Assembly: GCA_012840355.1 (NCBI GenBank)
Contig: DULN01000009.1
Location: 134,414 to 198,413, forward strand
Source: Clostridiales bacterium
Lineage (GTDB): Bacteria; Bacillota; Clostridia; Oscillospirales; CAG-272
Direction of reading: 5' to 3'
DNA length: 64,000 nt
In this document: positions 8,007 to 18,111 of the stretch, piece by piece
Layout of the letters: each line of letters starts with the position of its first letter
Numbering within the stretch: position 1 is the stretch's first letter
Program-made: the position numbers and the translations under genes
The notes under the pieces: model-generated
Databases searched by the model: none
Told to the model about the DNA's origin: nothing
What the model saw: only the letters and a program-made list of their open reading frames with translations

Positions 8007-9239
8007 TTATCTTTTTACTTTTAGCCTGAAGCGGAAGATTTTTCGCTCGAGCCGTTTTTCAGACTGGCGGGTGGCGTGTATTTCTTTCGCTTTTTCGTAT
8101 TTCTCGAGTATTTTGTCGACATTCCGGTCGGAGCTTGCCGAAAGCGTTGCCTCGCGCACGCGGTGGTGGAAGTCGTCAAGCTGCGATGGCGTGTACTCCC
8201 CAAGCTGGCGGACGATTTCGCCGAGCTCTTTTTTATCGTTGTATATAAACCCGTTTTTGCCGTGCTCGACCTGCTGGCGGTTGACAGGGTCGAACCGGAC
8301 TATGGCGGGAAGTCCCATCGACATGCCCTCAAGCATCGAAATCGACATCATCTCGCTGAGCGATGCGGTGACATAAAAGTCGCTCGCCGCAAAATATAGC
8401 GGAATGTCGGCGTGGTCGACTTTGCCGACAAATATCACCTGTTTTTCCATGCCAAGTGAGCTAGCGAGCGCTTCGAGCGCCGGGCGCTCGGGGCCGTCGC
8501 CGACGATTATTAGCTTATACCTAGGCTCGTCCCCAAACTCCTCTGCCCAAGCTTCGATTAAGTAGTCAACCGATTTCTCTTTGCCGAGCCTGCCGACGAA
8601 AATACCTGCGAGGTCGCCTTCGCCTATGCCTATAATCGCGCGCTTTTTCTTTATTGTTTCATAAGAAAACCTGTCTGGGTTAAACTTTTCGGTATCTATA
8701 GAATTCGGTATTATCTCAACCGGCTTTGTAACTTTGCATTCGCGGAAAAAGTCGATCGCTTTAGCCGAGGGGCTTATTATCACGTCCGCGCGGTTGGCGA
8801 AAATGTTGATGTACCGGTAAAACGTCTGTTTCGCTATCGGTATCATCCGGCGGGATACGGCATAGTGAAAATACTCGTCGTACATTGTGTGCAGCGTATA
8901 TACAAGCGGCACATTGAGCTTTTTCGCCGCATAAACGCCAAACACCGCCACCGGAAACTCGTCGTGCACATGGATGATGTCGGGCTTAAACTCGGCAAGC
9001 GCCGACATACGGTGTCTGCTGACTGGCGAGGCAAGACCGAAGCCGTATATTTTCTTTATCCCTATAGCCGGGCAGTATAGTACCCCGTCCCTGATGGTAT
9101 GGTGGCGAAGCCTTGGGTCCGCAGTAACAATAAGCACGTTATGCCCGCGCTTTTGCAAGCTATCGCGCAGCATTGCGACGTGGGTCACAACGCCGTTTAT
9201 AAATGGATAGTAAACGTCGACAAAAAGGGCTATATTCAT
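8007..9239 (-). CDS. Family 4 glycosyltransferase, diacylglycerol glycosyltransferase-like (membrane glycolipid synthesis)
   Basis: MNIALFVDVYYPFINGV N-terminus and a GT-B C-terminal block (SLSEMMSISMLEGMSMGLP). I prefer the ATG at 9239, preceded by GGAGGTG, over the longer ORF start at 9296. Confidence 0.75.
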   Translation of the reverse strand: MNIALFVDVYYPFINGVVTHVAMLRDSLQKRGHNVLIVTADPRLRHHTIRDGVLYCPAIGIKKIYGFGLASPVSRHRMSALAEFKPDIIHVHDEFPVAVFGVYAAKKLNVPLVYTLHTMYDEYFHYAVSRRMIPIAKQTFYRYINIFANRADVIISPSAKAIDFFRECKVTKPVEIIPNSIDTEKFNPDRFSYETIKKKRAIIGIGEGDLAGIFVGRLGKEKSVDYLIEAWAEEFGDEPRYKLIIVGDGPERPALEALASSLGMEKQVIFVGKVDHADIPLYFAASDFYVTASLSEMMSISMLEGMSMGLPAIVRFDPVNRQQVEHGKNGFIYNDKKELGEIVRQLGEYTPSQLDDFHHRVREATLSASSDRNVDKILEKYEKAKEIHATRQSEKRLERKIFRFRLKVKR

Positions 9240-9270
9240 GCCGCACACCTCCAATCTTTTTTGTGCCGGC

Positions 9271-9990
9271 TCAATCGTTTCCACCGAGGGGCACAAGATG
9301 GGCTATGACAAGCTCGGTCGGGTTAAAAAGCCTTGGCACGCTCACGGTGTTCGACAGCCCGCGGCTTATAACTAACCTTCCGTCTATAACTCCCGAGGTC
9401 AGCTTCGGGAACAGCCCCTGACCAGGCGCGAATACCCCGCGACCGAAAAAACGCCATTGCCCGCCGTGCGCGTGGCCGGAGAATATTACGTCAATGTCCA
9501 GCGGCTTTATATATTTGGGGTAATACTCAGGATGATGGCAAAGCAGCACTTTAAACCCCGGAAGCGCGGCAAACCTCCGCAGCCAACGCAGGTCCGGCGG
9601 CGGTGTCAGCTCGAACATTTTCGCGCGGCGCCGCGTCCAGCCTGATGTAAGGCCCCCGATATATATGCCTTTGTATACGGCATAGGAGTTATCGAGGAGT
9701 TTTGCGCCGGCTTTGGCTATTTTTTCAGCGCCGGCTTTGTCAATGTGCTCGTGATTACCGATAGAGTAAAATACCGGCGCTATCTTTGACGCCTCAAATA
9801 AAAAATCAAGCCCGTGCTTTGCGGTGTGGGGGCTGTACATATGATCGCCTGTCACCGCTATAAAATCGGGGCGGATTTTTTCTATCCCGCGCAGCACCTC
9901 AAGGTACGGCCTGTCGTGCAGGTCGGCGACAATCACAGCTGTGAGCTTTTCTTCCAATGCCGCAAGTATCGTGTATTCAACTGTTTGCAT
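9271..9990 (-). CDS. Calcineurin-like metallophosphoesterase (YkuE/YaeI-like)
   Basis: 239 aa. Motifs VIVADLHD, TGDHM, GNHE and GHAHGG. Confidence 0.8.
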   Translation of the reverse strand: MQTVEYTILAALEEKLTAVIVADLHDRPYLEVLRGIEKIRPDFIAVTGDHMYSPHTAKHGLDFLFEASKIAPVFYSIGNHEHIDKAGAEKIAKAGAKLLDNSYAVYKGIYIGGLTSGWTRRRAKMFELTPPPDLRWLRRFAALPGFKVLLCHHPEYYPKYIKPLDIDVIFSGHAHGGQWRFFGRGVFAPGQGLFPKLTSGVIDGRLVISRGLSNTVSVPRLFNPTELVIAHLVPLGGND

Positions 9991-10049
9991 AGCAGCTCTC
10001 CATTACAGTTTATTATACGCGATGTTTTTTAACATTACAATACCGCGGC

Positions 10050-10088
10050 ATAAACAAAAACACCTGCCCGAGCATATCCGGACAGGTG
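10050..10088 (-). terminator. Rho-independent terminator of the fab/acc operon
   Basis: CACCTGcCCG ... CGGaCAGGTG stem (10061-10088), followed on the minus strand by TTTTTGTTT. Confidence 0.6.
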
Positions 10089-10114
10089 GTATGCGCCCTG
10101 AAAGCTCCGCCCTT

Positions 10115-11320
10115 TTACTTGTATCTGCCGACTATGATGCAGGAGTTCTGCCCTCCGAAGCCGAAAGCGTTCGACATCGCATAACGAATTTCTTTCTTTT
10201 GCGGCGCGCCGGTTATAAGGTTTATATCGCACTCGGGGTCTTTTTCCTTGCATCCTACCGTATGGGGGAGTATTCCTGTATTTATCGCCATTATGCAGGC
10301 TATAACCTCAAGCACGCCGCCCGGCCCCATCATATGGCCCGTCGAGCCTTTTGTCGAGCTAACCGGCACGCGGTAGCCGCCGAAAACCGAGCAAATCGCC
10401 TTCGATTCGGCAAGGTCGCCTTTTGGCGTCGAGGTTCCATGCGCGTTGATGTACCCAATTTCTGTTGGCAAAAGCTCCGCGTGACGAAGCGCGCGGCGCA
10501 TGCACTCTGCCGCCCCCGAACCGTCGGGCGACGGCGATACGGGATGATAAGCTTCGGAAGCCGTCGCGCATCCGACAAGCACGCCAAATATTTCCGCCGA
10601 GCGGGCGAGGGCTTGGCTTTCCTTCTCTAGGACAATCGCCCCGCCTCCCTCCCCGACGACAAAGCCGTCGCGCATAATGTCAAACGGGCGGCTGTCGCCG
10701 TTTTTCGACAGAGCCTTCGCTTTGTAGAGGCTATCTATAAAAAGCGGGTTTATCGCCGAATCGCCCGCCATGACAACCACCGCGTCAACCATATCAGCCG
10801 CAAGCAAAAGGTAGCCGGTCACAATCGCGTCGCCGCCCGAAGAGCAAGCCGTCGAAACCGTAAGGCTAGGCCCGGTTATGCCATAATCCATCGAAATATA
10901 CGCTGCTGCGGTGTTGCCTAGAGAGCGCGTTACAAATCTCGGGCTGACCTGCTTTTCCGCCGACAAAAACTCCTCATGCTCGCGCCATGTGGCTGTCATG
11001 CCACCTATCGCCGTGCCCATTACGATCCCAACCCTGCCCGAGCGGGTATCAAGCCCGCTTGAGCGGATAGCCTCGCAGGCGGCGATGTATGCAAATTGCG
11101 TGAAAAGGTCGAGATCCGATATTTGCCGCGTCGTAAGGTAGTCTTTCGGGTCGTAATTTTTCACCTCGGCGGCACGGGTTATCGGAAGCGACGAGGCGTC
11201 TATACCCTTTATCTCCGCTATCCCGCACTCGCCGCGCAACAGCGCCTCCCAAAAGCTTTTTATGCCTATACCTATGGGCGATACGGCGCCCATGCCGGTT
11301 ATAACGATTTTTTCTGCCAT
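10115..11320 (-). CDS. fabF: Beta-ketoacyl-ACP synthase II paralogue (divergent second copy)
   Basis: 401 aa. The Cys-His-His triad is retained (STACSSG, EAYHPVSP, INAHGTSTP). Several conserved KAS II blocks diverge: AGDS, STGHMMGPGG, GFGGQN. Confidence 0.8.
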   Translation of the reverse strand: MAEKIVITGMGAVSPIGIGIKSFWEALLRGECGIAEIKGIDASSLPITRAAEVKNYDPKDYLTTRQISDLDLFTQFAYIAACEAIRSSGLDTRSGRVGIVMGTAIGGMTATWREHEEFLSAEKQVSPRFVTRSLGNTAAAYISMDYGITGPSLTVSTACSSGGDAIVTGYLLLAADMVDAVVVMAGDSAINPLFIDSLYKAKALSKNGDSRPFDIMRDGFVVGEGGGAIVLEKESQALARSAEIFGVLVGCATASEAYHPVSPSPDGSGAAECMRRALRHAELLPTEIGYINAHGTSTPKGDLAESKAICSVFGGYRVPVSSTKGSTGHMMGPGGVLEVIACIMAINTGILPHTVGCKEKDPECDINLITGAPQKKEIRYAMSNAFGFGGQNSCIIVGRYK

Positions 11321-11333
11321 CGAGCGTTCCCTT

Positions 11334-12569
11334 TCAAGACTCTATCTTGCGGAATGCGAGGCACACGTTGTGCCCGCCGAATCCGAGCGATATGGAGAGG
11401 CCAAGGTTAAAGTTATACTCGCGCTTTACGAGCGGCACATAGTCGAGGTCGCATTCCGGGTCGGGGCACGTTAGACCAATCGTGGGGGGGATTACCTCGT
11501 TTTTCAGCGCCAGCACCGTTGCGACCGCTTCAGCCGCGCCCGCCGCGCCGAGCATATGCCCGGTCATCGACTTCGTCGAGCTTACCGGAGTGTTTTTCGC
11601 TATCTCTTCGCCAAGCGCTTTTTTTATTGCCTGCGTCTCCGCCTTATCGTTGTAAGGAGTGCCGGTGCCGTGAGCGTTTATATATATTTTATCATCCGGC
11701 GCACAGCCCGCTTCGCCAAGCGCCTGCATTATCGCGCGCGCCGCAGGCTCCGATGAAGGCTCGGGCGCCGTGATGTGATATGCGTCGCATGTGCAGCCAT
11801 ATCCCGCAAGCTCTGCGTAAATTTTTGCGCCGCGCTTTCTTGCATGATTGTATTCCTCAAGGACGACAGCCGCCGCGCCTTCCCCCATAACAAACCCGGT
11901 CCGGCGCGCGTCAAACGGCAAACATGCGTTAGCCGGGTCTTCGGCGGTAGAGAGCGCCTGCATGTTTGCAAATCCCGCCACCGAAAGCGGGTTTATCGGC
12001 GCCTCCGAGCCTCCCGCTATCATCGCGTCGGCATAACCGTGCCGTATGAGCCTCGCCGCCTCGCCAATCGCGTTCGCACCTGAAGCGCAAGCCGTCACCG
12101 CCGGCATATTTGGCCCCTGGCAGCTAAAGCGTATTGCAATGACGCCCGACGCGATGTTCGCTATCATCATCGGGACAAACAGCGGCGATACGCGGCGCGG
12201 GCCTTTTTCAATGAGTTTCGTGTGCTCTACAATGAATGTCGAAATACCGCCGATGCCCGTGCCCATATATACCCCAAATCGCTCGGGCGCGACTTTGCCT
12301 GCTATCTCGCTGTCGGCTACCGCTTGGCATGCCGCCGCGACCGCATACTGCGTGTATAAGTCCGAGCGCGACAGCTCCGCTTTATCCATATACTCGCGCG
12401 GGTCGAAATTTTTTACCTCTGCGGCGAGTTTCGCTTTATGTTCGGAGGTATCAAATTTTGTAATCGGGCCGATGGCGCACCTGCCAGCCATCAGCCCTTC
12501 CCAAAATGACAAAATATCGTTCCCAAGCGGCGTTATTGCGCCAAGCCCGGTAACAACAACCCGGTTCAT
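11334..12569 (-). CDS. fabF: Beta-ketoacyl-ACP synthase II
   Basis: 411 aa. VTACASGANAIG, DAYHITAP, INAHGTGTPYND, KSMTGHMLGAAG, GFGGHN. Confidence 0.9.
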   Translation of the reverse strand: MNRVVVTGLGAITPLGNDILSFWEGLMAGRCAIGPITKFDTSEHKAKLAAEVKNFDPREYMDKAELSRSDLYTQYAVAAACQAVADSEIAGKVAPERFGVYMGTGIGGISTFIVEHTKLIEKGPRRVSPLFVPMMIANIASGVIAIRFSCQGPNMPAVTACASGANAIGEAARLIRHGYADAMIAGGSEAPINPLSVAGFANMQALSTAEDPANACLPFDARRTGFVMGEGAAAVVLEEYNHARKRGAKIYAELAGYGCTCDAYHITAPEPSSEPAARAIMQALGEAGCAPDDKIYINAHGTGTPYNDKAETQAIKKALGEEIAKNTPVSSTKSMTGHMLGAAGAAEAVATVLALKNEVIPPTIGLTCPDPECDLDYVPLVKREYNFNLGLSISLGFGGHNVCLAFRKIES

Positions 12570-12593
12570 ATTACTGTCTCCTTGAAAATCTTT

Positions 12594-13394
12594 TTATCCG
12601 GCCCTGCTGCCTATTAGCCGGAAACGGCGATATCGGCGTTCAACCAGCTCTTCGGGCGAAAGCAAAGCAAACCGAGAGAGCGTTTTTTCAATCTCGCCGC
12701 CGAGCCACGCGTAAAACTCCAGCGTCCCTAGCCCGCCTTCCGGCAAAATCCGCTCGACTACGCCAAGCTCATGCGCGTCATGCGCGGTGAGCTTTAGGCT
12801 CTCCGCAGCCTCCGCAGCTTTTGATGCATCTTTGTAAAGTATGCTCGCGCAGCCTTCTGGCGAGATGACCGAGTATATAGCGTTCTCAAGCATCCAAACC
12901 TCGTCGGCAACAGCCAGCGCTAGCGCCCCGCCGCTGCCCCCTTCGCCTATCAGCACAGACAAAATAGGCACACCGAGTCCGGACATCGTTATAATATTTT
13001 CGGATATCGCCTGACCTTGACCGCGCTCTTCCGCTTCGACGCCGCAAAACGCGCCGCATGTGTCGACAAAACAGACTATGGGCCTGCCGAACTTCTCCGC
13101 CTGCTTCATCAGCCTCAGCGACTTGCGGTAGCCTTCGGGATTCGGCGCTCCGAAATTGCGGCGCATGCGCTCTTTTGTGCCATGCCCTTTTTCAATTGCA
13201 ATTACGGTAACAGGCCGGTTTCCCAAAAACGCAACGCCGCCGACTACCGCGGGGTCGTCGCCGTATCGCCTGTCGCCGTGCAGCTCGATAAAATCCGTAA
13301 AAATCCCGCAGATAAAGTCGAGTCCCGTCGGCCGGCTGCCAAGCCGCGCGGTCTTCACTTTTTCATATGCGCCGTCAGCCATCCGTATGGGCAC
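12594..13394 (-). CDS. accA: Acetyl-CoA carboxylase carboxyltransferase alpha subunit (short form)
   Basis: 266 aa. FVDTCGAFCG, IGEGGSGGALA. An alternative start is the ATG at 13382 (MADGAYEK). Confidence 0.85.
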   Translation of the reverse strand: MPIRMADGAYEKVKTARLGSRPTGLDFICGIFTDFIELHGDRRYGDDPAVVGGVAFLGNRPVTVIAIEKGHGTKERMRRNFGAPNPEGYRKSLRLMKQAEKFGRPIVCFVDTCGAFCGVEAEERGQGQAISENIITMSGLGVPILSVLIGEGGSGGALALAVADEVWMLENAIYSVISPEGCASILYKDASKAAEAAESLKLTAHDAHELGVVERILPEGGLGTLEFYAWLGGEIEKTLSRFALLSPEELVERRYRRFRLIGSRAG

Positions 13395-14241
13395 CTCCGT
13401 GGATTTTAAGCAGTGTGCCTATCACCTGCCGCTGCTTCTCGCGCGGGACGATGAGGTCGACAAACCCGCGCTCGAGCAAAAACTCCGCCGACTGAAAGCC
13501 AGCCGGCAGCTTTCTTTTTGTCGTCTGCTCTATAACGCGCGGCCCTGCAAAGCCGATCGTGGCGCGCGGCTCGGCGATTATAATATCGCCCTGCATCGCA
13601 AAGCTCGCGGTAACGCCGCCGGTCGTCGGGTCAGTCAGAACCGTGATATAAACTAGCTTCTCCTCGCCAAGCTTCCTTATCGCCGCCGAAGTTTTCGCCA
13701 TCTGCATAAGCGAGAGCAGCCCTTCCTGCATCCGCGCTCCGCCCGATACGGTATAACCCACAACCGGAAGCCGCTTTTCGATTGCATACTCAATCAGCCT
13801 TGTGATCTTTTCGCCTACCGCAGTGCCCATGCTGCCCATCATGAAGCTCGGCTCCATCACAAACAGGGCGCAAGGCTGTTCTTTTATCCTTGCAGCCCCG
13901 CATACCACCGCCTCGACTTCGCCCGAGACCCGGCGCGATAGCTCAAGCTTCTTTTTATATCCGGGGAACCCAAGCGGGTCGTCCGAGCGGTAGTCGGCGA
14001 AAAGCTCGGAGAAGCTGTTCGGGTCTGCGACAAACCCGATGCGCTGGCGCGCGCTGAGCCTGAAATGCCAGCCGCAGTGCGGGCAGCAGTTAAAATTCGC
14101 CCAAAGTGAGCTTTCCGGCACCAGACGCCGGCAGTTCGGGCACTGCTTTGACGGCTCATTCTCGTCGGGAGTAATCGGCACACTTTGGCGCCCGCCCGGT
14201 TCAAGCTCATTTTTCGGCTTTAAAAACTTAAGCAGCGTCAA
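13375..14241 (-). CDS. accD: Acetyl-CoA carboxylase carboxyltransferase beta subunit
   Basis: 288 aa. Zn ribbon CPNCRRLV...CCPHCGWH. ATGA overlap with the accC stop. Confidence 0.9.
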   Translation of the reverse strand: MTLLKFLKPKNELEPGGRQSVPITPDENEPSKQCPNCRRLVPESSLWANFNCCPHCGWHFRLSARQRIGFVADPNSFSELFADYRSDDPLGFPGYKKKLELSRRVSGEVEAVVCGAARIKEQPCALFVMEPSFMMGSMGTAVGEKITRLIEYAIEKRLPVVGYTVSGGARMQEGLLSLMQMAKTSAAIRKLGEEKLVYITVLTDPTTGGVTASFAMQGDIIIAEPRATIGFAGPRVIEQTTKRKLPAGFQSAEFLLERGFVDLIVPREKQRQVIGTLLKIHGGAHTDG

Positions 14242-15551
14242 GTGCGCTCACCTCCCGTAAAAAAGTCAAGGTCATATTTGCCGGATGAAAACTCTTCGCT
14301 CGATACAATCTCAAGCTGTTCTTCTATATTATTCGGAAGCCCGTCTATCACAAGCTCGCAGAGCGCAGCCCTGATTTTTCGCAGCGCCTCTTCCCTCGAA
14401 CTTGCGTATACTATGAGCTTGCCTACAAGCGGGTCATAATAGGGCGTTATTTTTGTGCCAACGGTGAGATAAGTGTCAAACCTAACAAACGGGCCGCCAG
14501 GCACATGCAAAAACTCAACCTTGCCGGGCTGCCTTGCTAAAATCCTGCACTCGATCGACGAGCCACGAAGGTCGACGTCATCTTGCGCAAACGACAGCGG
14601 CACGCCCGCGGCGATGCGTATTTGCCACTTTACAATGTCAATCCCGGTAAGCGATTCCGTTACCGTATGCTCGACCTGCAGGCGTATGTTCATCTCCATA
14701 AAGTAAAATTCCTTGCCGTCGTAAAGGAACTCGAGCGTTCCCGCGCCGTGGTAGCCGACTTTTTTTATTGCCTCCCTCACGCGTGAAAAAAGCTCTGCGC
14801 GCTGCCCGTCCGTCACCGCCGGGGACGGAGATTCCTCAACGAGCTTTTGCTTCCGCTGCTGGATGGAGCAGTCGCGCTCGCCAAGGCATGCAACATTGCC
14901 GTACTCGTCGGCAAGCACCTGCACCTCAATGTGGCGAGCGGGGTGGATGTACTTTTCCATATAGACCGAGCAGCTTCCGAACGCGGCGGTGCCTTCAGCT
15001 TTTGCTGCCGCAAACGCTTGCTCAAGCTCTGCTTCCGTACGCACAAGCCTTATTCCACGTCCCCCGCCTCCAAGGCACGACTTGATCATGACAGGGTAGC
15101 CGATCTTTTCCGCTTCGCGCTTTGCCGCCTCTACGCTTTCGAGCTGGCCGGTGCCCGGAATCACGGTCAGCCCAGCATCCGCCATCGCGCGCTTTACCGC
15201 CGCTTTGTCGCAGAGTTTTTCCATTGTTTCAATCGGCGGCCCAATAAACGCGATTCCGTATTTTCTGCACAGTGCCGCAAAATCTTTGTTTTCGGATAAA
15301 AACCCGTATCCGGGATGTATCGCTTGCGCGCCCGAAACCAGTGCCGCGCTTATAATGCGCTCGGCGTTAAGGTAGCTGTCCGAAGCCTCTGCCCTTCCGA
15401 TGCAGTAACTTTCGTCGGCAAGCGCGACATGCAGCGCCTCGGCGTCGGCTTGCGAGTAGACAGCGACGCTTTCGATTCCCATTTCCTTGCAAGCGCGGAT
15501 TATACGCACCGCTATCTCGCCGCGGTTTGCTATCAGTATCTTTGAATACAT
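14238..15551 (-). CDS. accC: Biotin carboxylase
   Basis: MYSKILIANRGEIAVRIIRA and ATP-grasp motifs. The ORF could also start three codons earlier, at 15560. Confidence 0.9.
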   Translation of the reverse strand: MYSKILIANRGEIAVRIIRACKEMGIESVAVYSQADAEALHVALADESYCIGRAEASDSYLNAERIISAALVSGAQAIHPGYGFLSENKDFAALCRKYGIAFIGPPIETMEKLCDKAAVKRAMADAGLTVIPGTGQLESVEAAKREAEKIGYPVMIKSCLGGGGRGIRLVRTEAELEQAFAAAKAEGTAAFGSCSVYMEKYIHPARHIEVQVLADEYGNVACLGERDCSIQQRKQKLVEESPSPAVTDGQRAELFSRVREAIKKVGYHGAGTLEFLYDGKEFYFMEMNIRLQVEHTVTESLTGIDIVKWQIRIAAGVPLSFAQDDVDLRGSSIECRILARQPGKVEFLHVPGGPFVRFDTYLTVGTKITPYYDPLVGKLIVYASSREEALRKIRAALCELVIDGLPNNIEEQLEIVSSEEFSSGKYDLDFFTGGERT

Positions 15552-15573
15552 AAGCCACATCCAAGAAAAGGTG

Positions 15574-16005
15574 CTAAACGCTTGTCAGCGCGAACGAAAA
15601 CTCTGCGCAAACGCACAGCTTGCCGCCGACATACCCGCGCCCGCTTGCGAAATAAAACGGGTGCTTTTCGCGCACAATCCGGCACTCGGTTTCAAAAATG
15701 TCGCCGGGCTTCACCGGCGACTTAAAGCGCACGCCGTCCATTCCGGTAAACATTGGTAATACGCCATCACCGGTTTTACCCGCAAGCAGCATGCAAGCCG
15801 ACTGGGCGAGTATCTCGCATAAAATTACGCCCGGCACGATGGGGTTTTTTGGGAAATGCCCCGACAAAAACCACTCGTCGCCGCGCACATAATACCGTCC
15901 GCGGGCGACCGGGCCTTCCTCAGTCTCAACCCGTTCGACTGAATCGAGCAGCAGCATTTTGTCGCGGTGGGGCAAAAGCTTTTTTATTTCCTCGCGGTCC
16001 ATCAT
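15574..16005 (-). CDS. fabZ: 3-hydroxyacyl-ACP dehydratase
   Basis: Hot-dog motifs LPHRDKMLLLD and FLSGHFPKNPIVPGV. The preferred start, ATG at 16005, forms an ATGA overlap with the accB stop. The ORF-track N-terminal extension is rejected. Confidence 0.9.
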   Translation of the reverse strand: MMDREEIKKLLPHRDKMLLLDSVERVETEEGPVARGRYYVRGDEWFLSGHFPKNPIVPGVILCEILAQSACMLLAGKTGDGVLPMFTGMDGVRFKSPVKPGDIFETECRIVREKHPFYFASGRGYVGGKLCVCAEFSFALTSV

Positions 16006-16442
16006 CCCGTCTCCTTCATGCGGAACAGCACGCGGCCATAGTCGACTGGCTGCCCGTTTTCGACGCACACCTCGGTTATAATCCCATCATGCTCGGCGGT
16101 TATCTCGTTCATCAGCTTCATCGCCTCGATTATGCAAAGCACGTCGCCGCGCTTTACGACGCTGCCGGGCTTCACATACGGCTCGGCGTCCTCCGCCGGC
16201 GCGGCATAGAATGTGCCGACCATCGGCGAGGTCACCTCAATGAGCTTTTCTCCCGCCTCTTTGCTTGTATGCTGCTGCACCGAAACGAACTCGACATGGG
16301 TGGACGACGAAGCTGAAGGCACTGCGGGAACAGAGGCGTTTCTTTCTAACCTGACAGAGACGCCGCCATCATTTATTTCAAGCGCCGAAAGCTCAAGCTC
16401 GCGCATGAGCGTGGCGTATTTGCGAATCATATTTTCATCCAT
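16002..16442 (-). CDS. accB: Biotin carboxyl carrier protein
   Basis: 146 aa. Biotinyl-lysine motif CIIEAMKLMNEI. Confidence 0.9.
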   Translation of the reverse strand: MDENMIRKYATLMRELELSALEINDGGVSVRLERNASVPAVPSASSSTHVEFVSVQQHTSKEAGEKLIEVTSPMVGTFYAAPAEDAEPYVKPGSVVKRGDVLCIIEAMKLMNEITAEHDGIITEVCVENGQPVDYGRVLFRMKETG

Positions 16443-16469
16443 CGCTTATCAACCGCCCTCGGTTTTATT

Positions 16470-17207
16470 CTACATTGCCATGCCGCCGTCGACGCGGATT
16501 ACCTCGCCGGTTATATACGAAGCGGCTGGAGAGCAGAGGAAGGCAATCACTTCCGCAACCTCGTGCGGCTCGCCCATGCGGCCAAGCGGCACGGCGGAGG
16601 TTATGCGCTCGTCGCCTTCGAACGCTTTGGTCATATCGGTCCTTATAAACCCCGGTGCGACGGCGTTGCAGGTGATATTTTTAGGCGCAAGCTCGCGCGC
16701 GACGGTTTTGGTAAGCCCGACGATGCCGGCTTTTGAAGCCGCATAATTCGCCTGCCCGCCGTTTCCCATAAGCCCTGAAACAGAGCTGACATTGACAATC
16801 CGCCCCGACCTTGCGCGTATCATATGCGGCGCTACATGGCGGATGAAGTTGAACGCTCCCTTGAGGTTGACCGCTATAACCTTGTCGAAGTCTTCTTCCT
16901 TCATTGTCGCCACAAGGCCGTCGAGCGTTATTCCCGCGTTGTTTACAAGTATGTCAATGCCGCCAAACTCGGCTTTAACCGCCGCTACCGTCGCTTTAAC
17001 CGCATCAAAATCCGACACGTCGCATTTGTATGCCGCCATGCGCACGCCATAATTATCTTTGCATTCGTCGCGCAGCACTAATGCCGCTTCCTCGCTCCCG
17101 GCATATATAATCGCCACCGAAGCTCCTAGCGAGGCAAGCTTTTTTACGGTAGCCTCACCAATCCCGCGCGAGCCTCCGGTGACAATCGCGGTTTTACCGC
17201 TTAGCAC
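16470..17207 (-). CDS. fabG: 3-oxoacyl-ACP reductase
   Basis: 245 aa [22 protein letters not shown]. Confidence 0.9.
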   Translation of the reverse strand: MLSGKTAIVTGGSRGIGEATVKKLASLGASVAIIYAGSEEAALVLRDECKDNYGVRMAAYKCDVSDFDAVKATVAAVKAEFGGIDILVNNAGITLDGLVATMKEEDFDKVIAVNLKGAFNFIRHVAPHMIRARSGRIVNVSSVSGLMGNGGQANYAASKAGIVGLTKTVARELAPKNITCNAVAPGFIRTDMTKAFEGDERITSAVPLGRMGEPHEVAEVIAFLCSPAASYITGEVIRVDGGMAM

Positions 17208-18111
17208 TAGCTAACACCTCCGCCGCTTTTCTTATGCCCTCGGGGTCCCCCAAAGCTAAAACCTTCGCGTTTGGCAGCGTCCGACTCACCATCCCGGAGA
17301 GCGTATTGCCCGGGCCAAGCTCGAAAAATGTATCCACCCCCGCCGCAGCCATGTTTTCAATGATCTTTTGCCAGCGTACTGGGCTTACAATTTGCCTTAC
17401 AAGGAGGTTATAATAATCACCAGTGTACGGCTCGCCGGTTACATTCGAGTAAAGCGGGATGCGCGGCGCCTGCAGCTTGTATCGCAATAAAGCTACCGCG
17501 AACCTTTCCGCCGCTGGCTGCATGTATGGCGAGTGGAACGCTCCTTGCACTTTCAGTGGCACCACGCGCCCGCCAGCTTCCTTTGCCGTTTGGCCAAATC
17601 TCTCAAGCTCGGAGAGTTTGCCCGCGACAGTCACTTGCCCGGGGCAGTTGTAGTTTACCGGGTAGACGTTTTCAAATTTGCCGCACAGCTGCTCGACCTG
17701 CTCCGACGGAAGCTTTAGTACCGCAACCATGCCCGTAGCCTCGCGCTCGGCAGCCTCGCGCATCAGCCGCCCGCGCTCCGCCGCAAGCATAAAGCCATCC
17801 TCGGCTGAGATTATGCCGGCGCATGCGGCAGCCGCAAGCTCGCCAAGTGAAAATCCTGACGCCACGTCGGGGTAGATGCCGGCATCCATCACGGCTGCTG
17901 CCGCCGCAAGTTCCACGGCGTAAAGGCACGGCTGGGTGTTGTCTGTGCGGTCAAGCTCTTTGCCCGAAAAGCAAGCTTCAAGCGTGCCAGGCCTAAGCGA
18001 CTCAAAGTGGTCAAGCATCGCGCGCGCAGTGGGGGAGTTTTCATAAAGGCTTCTTCCCATGCCTGGGAACTGTGCGCCTTGGCCGGGAAAGATAAAGGCT
18101 ATTTTACCCAT
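17194..18111 (-). CDS. fabD: Malonyl-CoA:ACP transacylase
   Basis: 305 aa. FIFPGQGAQ and GFSLGE (active-site Ser). Confidence 0.9.
   Translation of the reverse strand: MGKIAFIFPGQGAQFPGMGRSLYENSPTARAMLDHFESLRPGTLEACFSGKELDRTDNTQPCLYAVELAAAAAVMDAGIYPDVASGFSLGELAAAACAGIISAEDGFMLAAERGRLMREAAEREATGMVAVLKLPSEQVEQLCGKFENVYPVNYNCPGQVTVAGKLSELERFGQTAKEAGGRVVPLKVQGAFHSPYMQPAAERFAVALLRYKLQAPRIPLYSNVTGEPYTGDYYNLLVRQIVSPVRWQKIIENMAAAGVDTFFELGPGNTLSGMVSRTLPNAKVLALGDPEGIRKAAEVLASAKR

Noticed and set aside
9240-9296. N-terminal extensions given by the ORF track, here and at 15552-15560, 16006-16068, 19044-19085, 22815-22865, 23580-23594, 47824-47880, 53242-53304 and 58125-58214.
   Set aside because: In each case a downstream start has a better RBS or forms an ATGA/ATG overlap with the upstream stop. 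It also matches the usual N-terminus of the family. The extensions overlap neighbouring genes, terminators or promoters.
10115-12569. Tandem ketosynthases, considered as a type II PKS KS-alpha/CLF pair.
   Set aside because: Both copies keep the active-site Cys and both His residues, whereas a CLF lacks the Cys. They also sit at the end of a complete fab/acc operon with no cyclase, aromatase or extra ACP.
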